Shown: one piece after another, positions 7,412-15,271 of the stretch
Numbering within the stretch: the stretch's first letter is position 1
Layout of the letters: every line of letters starts with the position of its first letter
From: Candidatus Micrarchaeota archaeon
GTDB lineage: Archaea; Micrarchaeota; Micrarchaeia; Norongarragalinales; UBA8480
DNA length: 56,682 bases
Assembly (NCBI GenBank): GCA_023247085.1
Contig: JAHFHC010000004.1
Span: forward strand, 1 to 56,682
Direction of reading: 5' to 3'
Translations under genes and position numbers: made by a program
The notes under the pieces: model-generated
Told to the model about the DNA's origin: nothing
The model's input: the letters and a program-made list of their open reading frames with translations, nothing else
Databases searched by the model: none

Positions 7412-9283
7412 ATGTGTGGAATTAATGGCATAGTAAATTTGTTCAATAACGTTGAAAGCCAACTCTCGTCCATCAAGAATATGAATAGTGCTATAAAACA
7501 TCGCGGGCCGGATGGTGAAGGCGTTTACGTTTCTTTCAACAAACACGTTGCCTTTGGAAACCGGCGGCTAAGTATAGTTGATGTAAAACGCGGTAACCAA
7601 CCGATGGTTCTATTTTACAATAATTGTGAATTTGCTGTAACCTTTAATGGCGAAATTTACAACCACCTGGAACTGAAAATACAACTGCAAAAACTTGGAC
7701 ATAAGTTCAAAACCAATTCAGATACAGAAGTATTGCTAAAAAGCTATATTGAATGGGGCGAAAAATGCGTTGGGAAGTTTAATGGAATATTCGCGTTTGC
7801 AATTTACGATGGCAAAAATAATCAAATTTTTCTAGCTAGGGATCGAGTAGGAATCAAACCACTTTATTACGCAATAATGAATCATACACTCATTTTCAGT
7901 TCAGAACCAAAAGGTATCTTAGCATACCTTGATTTCAAAAAAGAGCCAGACAATGAAACAATCGCGGAGTTTTTCTTATCAAGTTTACTTCTAGCTGATG
8001 GCTCAACTAGATTGAATCGTTCTTTTTTCAAAGGACTATACGCACTTGAGCCGGGCAAATATGCGTTTTTCTCAGCTAAAGGACTGCAAGTTAAAGAATA
8101 TTGGGATGTTCCAAAACACCAAATGCACGGCGGTTCACTCAAAATATCCGCATCACAACTGAGAAAGACCCTCTCAAAAGCAATTGCACTTGAAATTCCG
8201 AGGGAAGTTAAGTTTGGCAGCGCTTTGAGCGGTGGCATTGATTCAAGCATTGTTACCACAATTGCAGCTGAAAAAGTTAAAAATAAGCTTTCTGCAGCTT
8301 CAATAACCTTCAAAAATGCCAAACACAATCCTGACTTTGAACACGCTAAGCTACTAGCCAAAGCTAAGCATTTGAAACTTTTAAAAGCTGAGCTTACTCC
8401 TCGTAAAATGATTGCCGATATAGATAGAATGATCAAAGCAATGGATCAGCCACACGACACAATCAGACAACTTGGCTTATTAGCCGTGTACCGCACATTG
8501 CACAAATCAGGTTGCAAAGTGGCTTTAGTTGGTGAAGGTTCAGATGAATTTAATCTAGGGTACTATTACACTTCGCCTGGATTCGACAAAGACTTACAAA
8601 TTTGTAAAAACTCCAGAGAATTCCGAAAAATTTGGAAACGACGAGCTATAGTTGCTTCTAAGTATTTCGACAAAAGATTCCTAAGCTCAGTTGACTTTGA
8701 CGAAATAATTGAATATAATTTGAAAAACTATTATGAGAAGTGCAAGAGTAAAAATAAACTTGCAAGAATGGAGTATTTTTACATTAAGAAGTTTTTGAAA
8801 TATCGCTTAGACGCTAATGACACGCTAGCTATGGCGTTTTCTATTGAAGCCCGCGTGCCTTTTTGTGACCATAATTATATTGAAGCGGCACTTCAAGTAC
8901 CGCCAGAAATAAATTTGAAAAATGGTTTGGAAAAAATGGCTTTGAGAACGGCGTTTGAACATAAGCTGCCCAAATCAATAGCTAATCGGCAAAAATATCC
9001 TTTGCCTGAAAGTAGAGATATACTGATGCATAAACTAGTTGCCCAGGAATTAGATAAAAATATTAAGAAAGCAAATTCTGGAGTGTGGAAAATTTTAGAC
9101 AAGCAATTTGTTTTTGGTTTAAATCAAGAATTTAAACTAAGAATTGCTGAAATTGAAAACAAAAAACGTAAATTTAATTTAACCCAAGAAATTTTATTCA
9201 GAGAAGAAATTAATCTCCGAAGCAAACACATCTTCCTCCTATTGACTTTTCTACGTTGGTACAAATTAAACTTCACTAATTAA
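7412..9283 (+). CDS. asnB: Asparagine synthase (glutamine-hydrolysing) family amidotransferase
   Basis: N-terminal MCGI (Ntn Cys), HRGPD, RLSIVD, FNGEIYNH, SDTEV, RDRVGIKPL, SGGIDSS, GEGSDE and EARVPF. Confidence 0.93.
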   Translation: MCGINGIVNLFNNVESQLSSIKNMNSAIKHRGPDGEGVYVSFNKHVAFGNRRLSIVDVKRGNQPMVLFYNNCEFAVTFNGEIYNHLELKIQLQKLGHKFKTNSDTEVLLKSYIEWGEKCVGKFNGIFAFAIYDGKNNQIFLARDRVGIKPLYYAIMNHTLIFSSEPKGILAYLDFKKEPDNETIAEFFLSSLLLADGSTRLNRSFFKGLYALEPGKYAFFSAKGLQVKEYWDVPKHQMHGGSLKISASQLRKTLSKAIALEIPREVKFGSALSGGIDSSIVTTIAAEKVKNKLSAASITFKNAKHNPDFEHAKLLAKAKHLKLLKAELTPRKMIADIDRMIKAMDQPHDTIRQLGLLAVYRTLHKSGCKVALVGEGSDEFNLGYYYTSPGFDKDLQICKNSREFRKIWKRRAIVASKYFDKRFLSSVDFDEIIEYNLKNYYEKCKSKNKLARMEYFYIKKFLKYRLDANDTLAMAFSIEARVPFCDHNYIEAALQVPPEINLKNGLEKMALRTAFEHKLPKSIANRQKYPLPESRDILMHKLVAQELDKNIKKANSGVWKILDKQFVFGLNQEFKLRIAEIENKKRKFNLTQEILFREEINLRSKHIFLLLTFLRWYKLNFTN

Positions 9284-9376
9284 TCCACTACATCTGAGAG
9301 TACAATTCTTCGTTAATTTAGTTATGTCCTAATTCATCCAAGCAAGTAAACTCGCTGGATCTCTTAATCTATGATA

Positions 9377-10099
9377 CTAAGGAATATCATTGGGATCAAA
9401 AACCTTCGGGACAACTGCACGCCGTTTTAACTGCGTTCTCGATAAATGAGACAAAACCTCTTCAAACTCAAGCGCAATTTCACTAGAGAATTTAGAAAGC
9501 GCTGCTTTAGTAATACGAGAATGCTGCAGATAATTTGGCTCTAATCCCGACCGAGCATATGAATCTGGATTGTTAATTGCAAAAAGCTTTAAACCACTAT
9601 TTCGAATTAAGTTACCTGAATAGAAAAATTCAACAACCAACTCGTTTGTTGGGCGAGCTAATGCGTGCTTCATAAAAAGACGATGCTCATGAATTTTAGA
9701 CGATTTAGCTAGCATATATTGCATTGCCTGCCTTTCTCTGAACATCGACCGCTGATCCGGCGAAGCATGAAAATTAACAACCGGAACAGAGAACCCCTTC
9801 TTTAACAAAAATTTAGCAATATCAATATCGGTCGGAGCATCATCTGCCCTTAATGAAGCTTCTCTAAGCGATTCTTCACGCCTAGCTGCCTTTTGCCAAA
9901 TCGCGTGAGGCGTCCACTTGCCTGGGATCCTTACAACAACCGCACTGTGCTTTTCCCAATCGCCGTGATGGCGCTGTGCAATGTTGATAGTTCCCTCGTT
10001 CGGGTGCCTTCCCACTAGTACAATTACCTTGCGCTTTTCCGCTGGAACTTCACGCAACATCAAATCCATTTCACGCAAGTTGCGCGGCTTTAAGATCAT
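9377..10099 (-). CDS. Hypothetical protein, possible degenerate M14/AstE-like zinc hydrolase
   Basis: VIVLVGRHPNE (HxxE) and VVNFHAS. The ORF could extend to 10156. Confidence 0.45.
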   Translation of the reverse strand: MILKPRNLREMDLMLREVPAEKRKVIVLVGRHPNEGTINIAQRHHGDWEKHSAVVVRIPGKWTPHAIWQKAARREESLREASLRADDAPTDIDIAKFLLKKGFSVPVVNFHASPDQRSMFRERQAMQYMLAKSSKIHEHRLFMKHALARPTNELVVEFFYSGNLIRNSGLKLFAINNPDSYARSGLEPNYLQHSRITKAALSKFSSEIALEFEEVLSHLSRTQLKRRAVVPKVFDPNDIP

Positions 10100-10195
10100 A
10101 AGGCAATATAATGCCGCGAGTAATTTTAATCCAACCGATAGCTTTAAATTATACACTCAGTAAAATTATACTATTAGTAAAATAAGGTGTTTTCG

Positions 10196-10411
10196 ATGGA
10201 AGAGATCAATGTAACTGCAAAACGTATTGGCAATTCTTGGGGAGTTATTATTCCAAAGAAAACTGCAGATAATTTAAACTTGAATAAAGAAACTGAGCTT
10301 CATGTGAACCTAGAGCGGGCGCCCGCTATAAAAGACCTCATTGGTACGTTTAAAGGTCGGGTTACTATCGAAGAGTTGAAAGCAGAAAGGAAGGCTGGCT
10401 GGAAAGAGTGA
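10196..10411 (+). CDS. AbrB/MazE/SpoVT-family antitoxin
   Basis: KRIGNSWGVIIPKK motif; AGGTG SD before ATG 10196; overlaps the PIN gene. Confidence 0.88.
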   Translation: MEEINVTAKRIGNSWGVIIPKKTADNLNLNKETELHVNLERAPAIKDLIGTFKGRVTIEELKAERKAGWKE

Positions 10412-10794
10412 ACCGCATGGTAGAATATGTTGTTGACACGTACGCCGCTATTGAATATCTTAACGGAAATAAGCAGTGCATAGCTAAGATCAATGGCGCT
10501 ACAAAAATTTATACTAACCAATTCATGTTAGCGGAGCTGTACTTCATAAGTTTGAAGAGAAACGGCGAGGAAATTGCAAACCGACACCTCGCGGCATTTT
10601 CAAGTCACTGCGAATCACTATATGAAACTGACATAAAAGAAGCTATGAAACTGCGCTTGAAATTAAAAAACCGGAAACTGGACATTTCCTATACTGACAG
10701 CATTGGTTATCATTTAGCTTTAAAGAAAAATATTAAATTCCTAACTGGCGACTCTGCTTTTGAGCAACTACCAAACGTAGAATTCATAAAATAA
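10408..10794 (+). CDS. vapC: PIN-domain toxin (VapC-like)
   Basis: VVDTYAAIE, LAE, SYTDSIG and LTGD acidic tetrad; GTGA overlap with the antitoxin. Confidence 0.9.
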   Translation: MNRMVEYVVDTYAAIEYLNGNKQCIAKINGATKIYTNQFMLAELYFISLKRNGEEIANRHLAAFSSHCESLYETDIKEAMKLRLKLKNRKLDISYTDSIGYHLALKKNIKFLTGDSAFEQLPNVEFIK

Positions 10795-10849
10795 CTTTTA
10801 CCTCAACAAAAACCTTCTTATGCCATTTGCTTTCTAAGAACTATACAAT

Positions 10850-10982
10850 GGGCTCATGATGTAACGGTAACATACCCCTTTGGCGTGGGGGAGACTCCGG
10901 GTTCGATAAGCCTTTTCTTTATACAAAAAGAAAAGCCTTTGGGAAAAGAAAATTCCCAGCTACGAAAATCCCGGTGAGTCCA
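10850..10982 (+). tRNA. trnA-GGC: tRNA-Ala(GGC) with a 61-nt intron in the T-loop (intron 10908-10968, position 59/60)
   Basis: Acceptor GGGCTCA/TGAGTCC has the G3:U70 Ala identity pair and A73. D arm ATGT/ACAT; anticodon GGC at 10882-10884; T stem CCGGG/CCCGG. Removing 10908-10968 restores the T-loop TTCGATT. Confidence 0.92.
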
Positions 10983-11081
10983 TACTTTTTTCTATTATAG
11001 AAAAAACTCATTAAGAATTACTTTTTACCGGCAAGCACGTGCTTAGAAAAGTTTACTAACCTAGATAAATTTAGAGTAAAT

Positions 11082-11747
11082 ATGCACACACTTATAAACA
11101 TTAACAAAACTTCTCCAGATTTTCTTGAATTTTTTGGAGTTTTAATGGGTGACGGATGTATTGTAAAATTTAAAAAACCGCCAAGCGATAGCGATTATCT
11201 TCGAATTTTCATAAGCGGAAACTCAAAAAGAGATTCTACCTACATGAAAAACTACTTGAATTTGATTCTGAAAAAATTTCAAGTGTATGCTTATTTTTAC
11301 CAAGATAAACATACAAACACAATAACTGCAGTAATAAACCACAAAAAATTTGCAGAGTATCTCGTAAGCTTAGGCTTTCCAACTGGCAAAAAAGGACAAA
11401 TTGAAATTCCAAGTTGGATTATGGCGCTTTCGTTAGAGAAGAAATTTCATTTAATTAGAGGCCTTTTTGACACAGATGGATGTATATCCGCGCGTAAATC
11501 TGAAGAATATCGAAGGCCTTTAGTGCTAATATCTAGCGAAAGTATACCACTAAGAAAACAATTAAAGACAATATTACGTGAAGCTGGATTACCAGCATAT
11601 GATTCAAGTGGAAACGTTGGAGTTGACGGCATAAGCAGCACAAAGAAGTGGTTTGAATTAATAGGAAGCAACAATCCTAGAAATTTAGACAGGTATACCG
11701 GGTGGGTTAGAACAGGCGCGCTACCTATGTTAGATATAAAAAAGTAA
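11082..11747 (+). CDS. Free-standing two-motif LAGLIDADG homing endonuclease
   Basis: Motif 1 FFGVLMGDGC and motif 2 LIRGLFDTDGC, both with the acidic catalytic position intact. No intein splicing termini. Confidence 0.9.
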   Translation: MHTLININKTSPDFLEFFGVLMGDGCIVKFKKPPSDSDYLRIFISGNSKRDSTYMKNYLNLILKKFQVYAYFYQDKHTNTITAVINHKKFAEYLVSLGFPTGKKGQIEIPSWIMALSLEKKFHLIRGLFDTDGCISARKSEEYRRPLVLISSESIPLRKQLKTILREAGLPAYDSSGNVGVDGISSTKKWFELIGSNNPRNLDRYTGWVRTGALPMLDIKK

Positions 11748-11772
11748 CAGCGTCTAAATAATTACTTAAAAT

Positions 11773-11844
11773 GGGCTTATAGTCGAGTGGTAAGATGTTC
11801 CCTTGACGTGGGAAAGATCCCCGGTTCGATTCCGGGTAAGCCCA
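11773..11844 (+). tRNA. trnV-GAC: tRNA-Val(GAC), intronless
   Basis: GGGCTTA/TAAGCCC acceptor, TTCCC-TTGACGT-GGGAA anticodon arm, CCCGG-TTCGATT-CCGGG T arm. Confidence 0.95.
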
Positions 11845-11860
11845 CTTTAAAATTAATCAA

Positions 11861-12229
11861 ATGAAAATTCCAATTACTACCAGAATAGAAAAAGACGCAA
11901 TATTTGCATTTGCACAAGTATTTGGCACTGCAGCGGGGTTTTTCATAGTTGCAAGTTCAATGTTTTATAACCCTGCAATCTCAACGATCGAACAAGCAAC
12001 AAATTCATTGTCTCCAAGTAACCTAATACTAGTAAAGCAAATTAATAATTCCGAAATTCTCAATTTTACTTCGAAATACTATGCAAGTATTATCGAACAA
12101 ACAAATATTGCTAAACAAGCAATAAATTTGTCGACTAATTTAGCACAAGTTGGGCATGTGCTATTATTCATTGCAATTGTATTCGCAATGCTGGGTTTAC
12201 TTTATCCATACTTATTTGAAAAGGGATAG
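11861..12229 (+). CDS. Hypothetical membrane protein (two TM helices around an N/S-rich loop)
   Basis: Hydrophobic segments at the N- and C-termini; no family recognised. Confidence 0.55.
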   Translation: MKIPITTRIEKDAIFAFAQVFGTAAGFFIVASSMFYNPAISTIEQATNSLSPSNLILVKQINNSEILNFTSKYYASIIEQTNIAKQAINLSTNLAQVGHVLLFIAIVFAMLGLLYPYLFEKG

Positions 12230-12231
12230 AA

Positions 12232-12735
12232 TTAGCACTTTGTCTTTATTAATCTCACAACTAATAGCGCAAACGTTGCTAATAATCCGATTCCAGTGAA
12301 CAAGTAAATGTTAGATACATTCACTAAGTGTAGAAATGGGTTTGCAGTTGTGACAGGCCAAAAGGGTTGTAAATCGGCGTGCATGAATGAGTCTAGCAAA
12401 ACGTGCGACCAAGCAGCTAGCAAGGAAGAGACGAGAATTAATTTATTTGAAATTTTGTTTTGCGGTTGTTTAACTTTGAAAACGTTCATGAAACTGTCGA
12501 CGTGTTTTCTGTACTTTATCAAAAGCAAAGCAACAACTATCGCGATTAAGGTTACGCCGATGTAAGTGTGGAAAAAACCGTGCAAGACGCCATCTGACCG
12601 TGGAGCGATAAACATGTAATAAAAAGGCTCGAGGTCCATCAACACGCTTGAAATTATCAAAGCGGGCAAGTAAAGCACGTCGAAAAGAATGAAGCCAAAA
12701 AGGACAACTGACCAATGAAAAGGAGTCAACGGCAT
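12232..12735 (-). CDS. Membrane-bound metal-dependent hydrolase (DUF4184/YdjM-like)
   Basis: MPLTPFH, DLEP, HGFFHT and SHVLLDSFMH. Confidence 0.8.
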   Translation of the reverse strand: MPLTPFHWSVVLFGFILFDVLYLPALIISSVLMDLEPFYYMFIAPRSDGVLHGFFHTYIGVTLIAIVVALLLIKYRKHVDSFMNVFKVKQPQNKISNKLILVSSLLAAWSHVLLDSFMHADLQPFWPVTTANPFLHLVNVSNIYLFTGIGLLATFALLVVRLIKTKC

Positions 12736-12738
12736 AAA

Positions 12739-13458
12739 TTATTTCACGTAGTTTTTACAATTTTTACACTTTTTCTCAAGTGGAAAAATGCTAAATGTTA
12801 ATGTCGACAAGTTCATATGCAGCATTTTGCTAGCTAATTTTGGCTTTCCGGCTAATAGATTCACAAACTCTTGCACTTGTATACTTGCGGCAATTGAAGT
12901 TGCAGTTGGAATAATTCCCTCTTCACAGCAACTCACTTCACAAAGCGGCTTAGAGGCAAAGCAATTGAAACACGGCGTTTTGCCGGGAATGATTGTTGAC
13001 ACCATGATTTGGTCACGAATGGCGCCACAATAAACCCACGGGATTTTTTTATGTAAACAAAAAGAGTTAATCGCTTTGCGGCTGGCATAATTGTCAGTGC
13101 AGTCAAGTACGACATCAACGCTTCCAATTAACTTAGCTGCGTTTTTTTCAGTTAGCAAGTCAACAATAGCAAGAAAGGAAGTGTTTTTGTGTGGTTTTAG
13201 TTTTTGGACTGCGGTTTCGGCTTTGAATTTGCCAACATCACTCTCTGCAAATAGTGGTTGTCGGCCGAGGTTAGAGGTTTCAACTACATCGGGGTCAATT
13301 AGCGTGACTTGTTTAACGCATAGTTGCGCTAATAGCAATGCAGCGTTACAGCCGGTTCCACCAACGCCTATAACCGCTACGCTGGTTTTGCGCAGCTTTG
13401 CATTTGCGCTGCCAATTACTTTACCTTGGCATACAAATTGAGAGTCAGTTAGTTGCAT
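12739..13458 (-). CDS. ThiF/MoeB/E1-like adenylyltransferase
   Basis: VIGVGGTG, DPD-VE-SNLGRQ, DCTDN, CFNC, SCCEEG and C-terminal CKNC. Confidence 0.92.
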   Translation of the reverse strand: MQLTDSQFVCQGKVIGSANAKLRKTSVAVIGVGGTGCNAALLLAQLCVKQVTLIDPDVVETSNLGRQPLFAESDVGKFKAETAVQKLKPHKNTSFLAIVDLLTEKNAAKLIGSVDVVLDCTDNYASRKAINSFCLHKKIPWVYCGAIRDQIMVSTIIPGKTPCFNCFASKPLCEVSCCEEGIIPTATSIAASIQVQEFVNLLAGKPKLASKMLHMNLSTLTFSIFPLEKKCKNCKNYVK

Positions 13459-13519
13459 AGAAAATTCACGATAAACTCCATAGTTGATATTATAAGCTTT
13501 TAACTCGAATAAAAGTTAT

Positions 13520-13774
13520 ATGGCAGCAAAAAAAGAGTTAATTACCGGCAATATGACTGTTTCTGAAGTCGTGTTGAATTATCCCACTAGCGTGCCGATC
13601 TTAATGGCTTACGGGCTACATTGTTTTGACTGCGGCGGTGCAGAAATAGAAACACTTGAAGAAGGCACTATAGGTCACGGGATGTCGCAAGAAGAGCTTG
13701 ACTTGCTTTTAATTGATTTAAACGAAGAAGCGCAAAAACAGGAAAAAATGAAAAAAGAAAATAAGAAAAAATAA
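13520..13774 (+). CDS. DUF1858 (hybrid-cluster-associated redox disulfide) domain protein
   Basis: MTVSEVV..YP, GLHCFDC and ETLEEG..HG. Confidence 0.85.
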   Translation: MAAKKELITGNMTVSEVVLNYPTSVPILMAYGLHCFDCGGAEIETLEEGTIGHGMSQEELDLLLIDLNEEAQKQEKMKKENKKK

Positions 13775-13821
13775 GGAGAAAAAAAATTTAGTCACGTTTC
13801 TTTTTGGCGCCACGCCTGGCA

Positions 13822-13846
13822 CCTTTTTCTTTAGAAAAGAAAAAGG
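13822..13846. terminator. Bidirectional hairpin between convergent DUF1858 and alba genes
   Basis: CCTTTTTCTTT-AGA-AAAGAAAAAGG, a perfect 11-bp stem. Confidence 0.5.
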
Positions 13847-13856
13847 GGCATGGCAA

Positions 13857-14174
13857 TTACTTCGTCATCGTTACTTCCATTGACGAAACTTTTGTCATTC
13901 TACCGTCTTCTGATTTTAGTTCTTCTGTTGACAAATTGATGTCTTCGGTTTTGAGAGTTGGGATAAAGCGGTTCTTTACAATTTGAGTTACATCCACTAG
14001 TGCACTTATTGTTCTTCCGCGCGCTTTGGCTTTTACGCTACTTGCACCATTGTTAAATTGCGTTACAACTGCAATTACGTAGTTCATCACGCTTTTTTTC
14101 CCAATGTAAATAGTATTATCATTCGGGTCATGGCGCTGTCGTGGCTGAGTTGGAGCTTCGGTAAATTCTGGCAT
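13857..14174 (-). CDS. albA: DNA/RNA-binding protein Alba
   Basis: IYIGKKSVMNYVIAV, KARGRTIS..VDV and VSSMEV; AGGTGA SD upstream of ATG 14174. Confidence 0.95.
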   Translation of the reverse strand: MPEFTEAPTQPRQRHDPNDNTIYIGKKSVMNYVIAVVTQFNNGASSVKAKARGRTISALVDVTQIVKNRFIPTLKTEDINLSTEELKSEDGRMTKVSSMEVTMTK

Positions 14175-14313
14175 GTTTCTTGAAATCACCTATTGTTTTA
14201 ATTGACCGATTTTGACTTTGATTAAGTAACTGGGATTTATAGGAAAAAACAAAAAAAGTTCAAAAAAGAAAAAAATAGATAAAAACAAAAAGAAAAAACG
14301 CAAGTTATGCTTT

Positions 14314-15141
14314 TTAGCCGCGTCTTGATGTTAAGTAAAGCAACACGTTTTTGAACAAGTTAGGTGCTTGTGCAGCTGCGGGGTCAAAAGCGAAGTAAAT
14401 TACTTTTCCAGCTGGGAATGACTTGCCTTCTACAATCGCGTATAAATTGCGTTGGCCTGGGCCAGTGTCAACTTGTGCCAACACTTCAGAATTACTTGTA
14501 GGCGTAACGTCAACTACATCGCCAGCAAATGCAAAGTCTTTTTGTCCACTACCAAAAATTGGGTGGTCTGGGTTGATTATGCGGATTTGTCCAGTTGCAA
14601 AGTAAGTGCGAATTGGTTCCCTGCGAGGGGTTAATCCACCAATTTCAACTGGCATAATCGTGTTTAGTAAGCCAACTCCGATCCCCCAGCCTAGTACAGT
14701 GTTATCGTCACGCACGCGGGTACAAGCGTCGCCAATTACAATTAAAGAAGCGCCACTTTTTACGCGGTCAGTAACGGCTTTACGGAATTCCCGTTCACAA
14801 TAGGGTTCTCCAGCTAGAATGATTACGTCTACTTGACGGGTTAAGAACTGCGCTCGGTCATCTAATTTTTGTTCGTAAATTGGGCGAACAGCTATTCCGC
14901 CTGCGCCTTGAAATGCTGAAGAGCCAATTAAAGCTTTTAATTCATCAGAAGGTTGGCCGAATACACCTACTCGAATGTCTTTAGATGGGACGATTTGATT
15001 TAAAACAGGGATTTGACTTGCGTCAATTATGTTAAACTTTGCAGCTAGAAAAACTGCTAGAATTGCAATTAAAATTAATGGAATTGCGCTTTCAGCGTGA
15101 AATCCAGATGCTTGGGGAGCGTATTGGCCTCTTCTCTTCAC
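14314..15141 (-). CDS. Membrane-anchored extracellular protein with GATase1/ThuA-like fold (paralog A)
   Basis: N-terminal KRRGQ then a TM helix; DVIILAG, SGASLIVIGD, HPIF and GKVIYFAFDP. Confidence 0.55.
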   Translation of the reverse strand: MKRRGQYAPQASGFHAESAIPLILIAILAVFLAAKFNIIDASQIPVLNQIVPSKDIRVGVFGQPSDELKALIGSSAFQGAGGIAVRPIYEQKLDDRAQFLTRQVDVIILAGEPYCEREFRKAVTDRVKSGASLIVIGDACTRVRDDNTVLGWGIGVGLLNTIMPVEIGGLTPRREPIRTYFATGQIRIINPDHPIFGSGQKDFAFAGDVVDVTPTSNSEVLAQVDTGPGQRNLYAIVEGKSFPAGKVIYFAFDPAAAQAPNLFKNVLLYLTSRRG

Positions 15142-15271
15142 ATAATCACCAGGTTAGAATTTACTATCTAAAATTCTATTATACTATTACTAGATATTCT
15201 TGCGTTTTCAGCATTTAAATACATTGTTCTCGAACTGCACTTCTTCGGCCTTTTAAAGCTATATTATAGTT

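Noticed and set aside
11082-11747. Intein- or intron-encoded endonuclease
   Set aside because: It has no N-terminal Cys/Ser or C-terminal His-Asn, no host exteins, and both flanking tRNAs are complete without it.
7300-12230. Integrated element at tRNA-Ala or tRNA-Val carrying asnB, TA and LAGLIDADG
   Set aside because: I found no duplicated tRNA 3' end (att site) by eye, and there is no integrase or viral/plasmid gene.
14225-14300. A-rich tracts as microsatellites (also 27058-27116 and 32490-32560)
   Set aside because: They are irregular, and each lies just downstream of a minus-strand gene as a T-rich tract, as expected for archaeal terminators.
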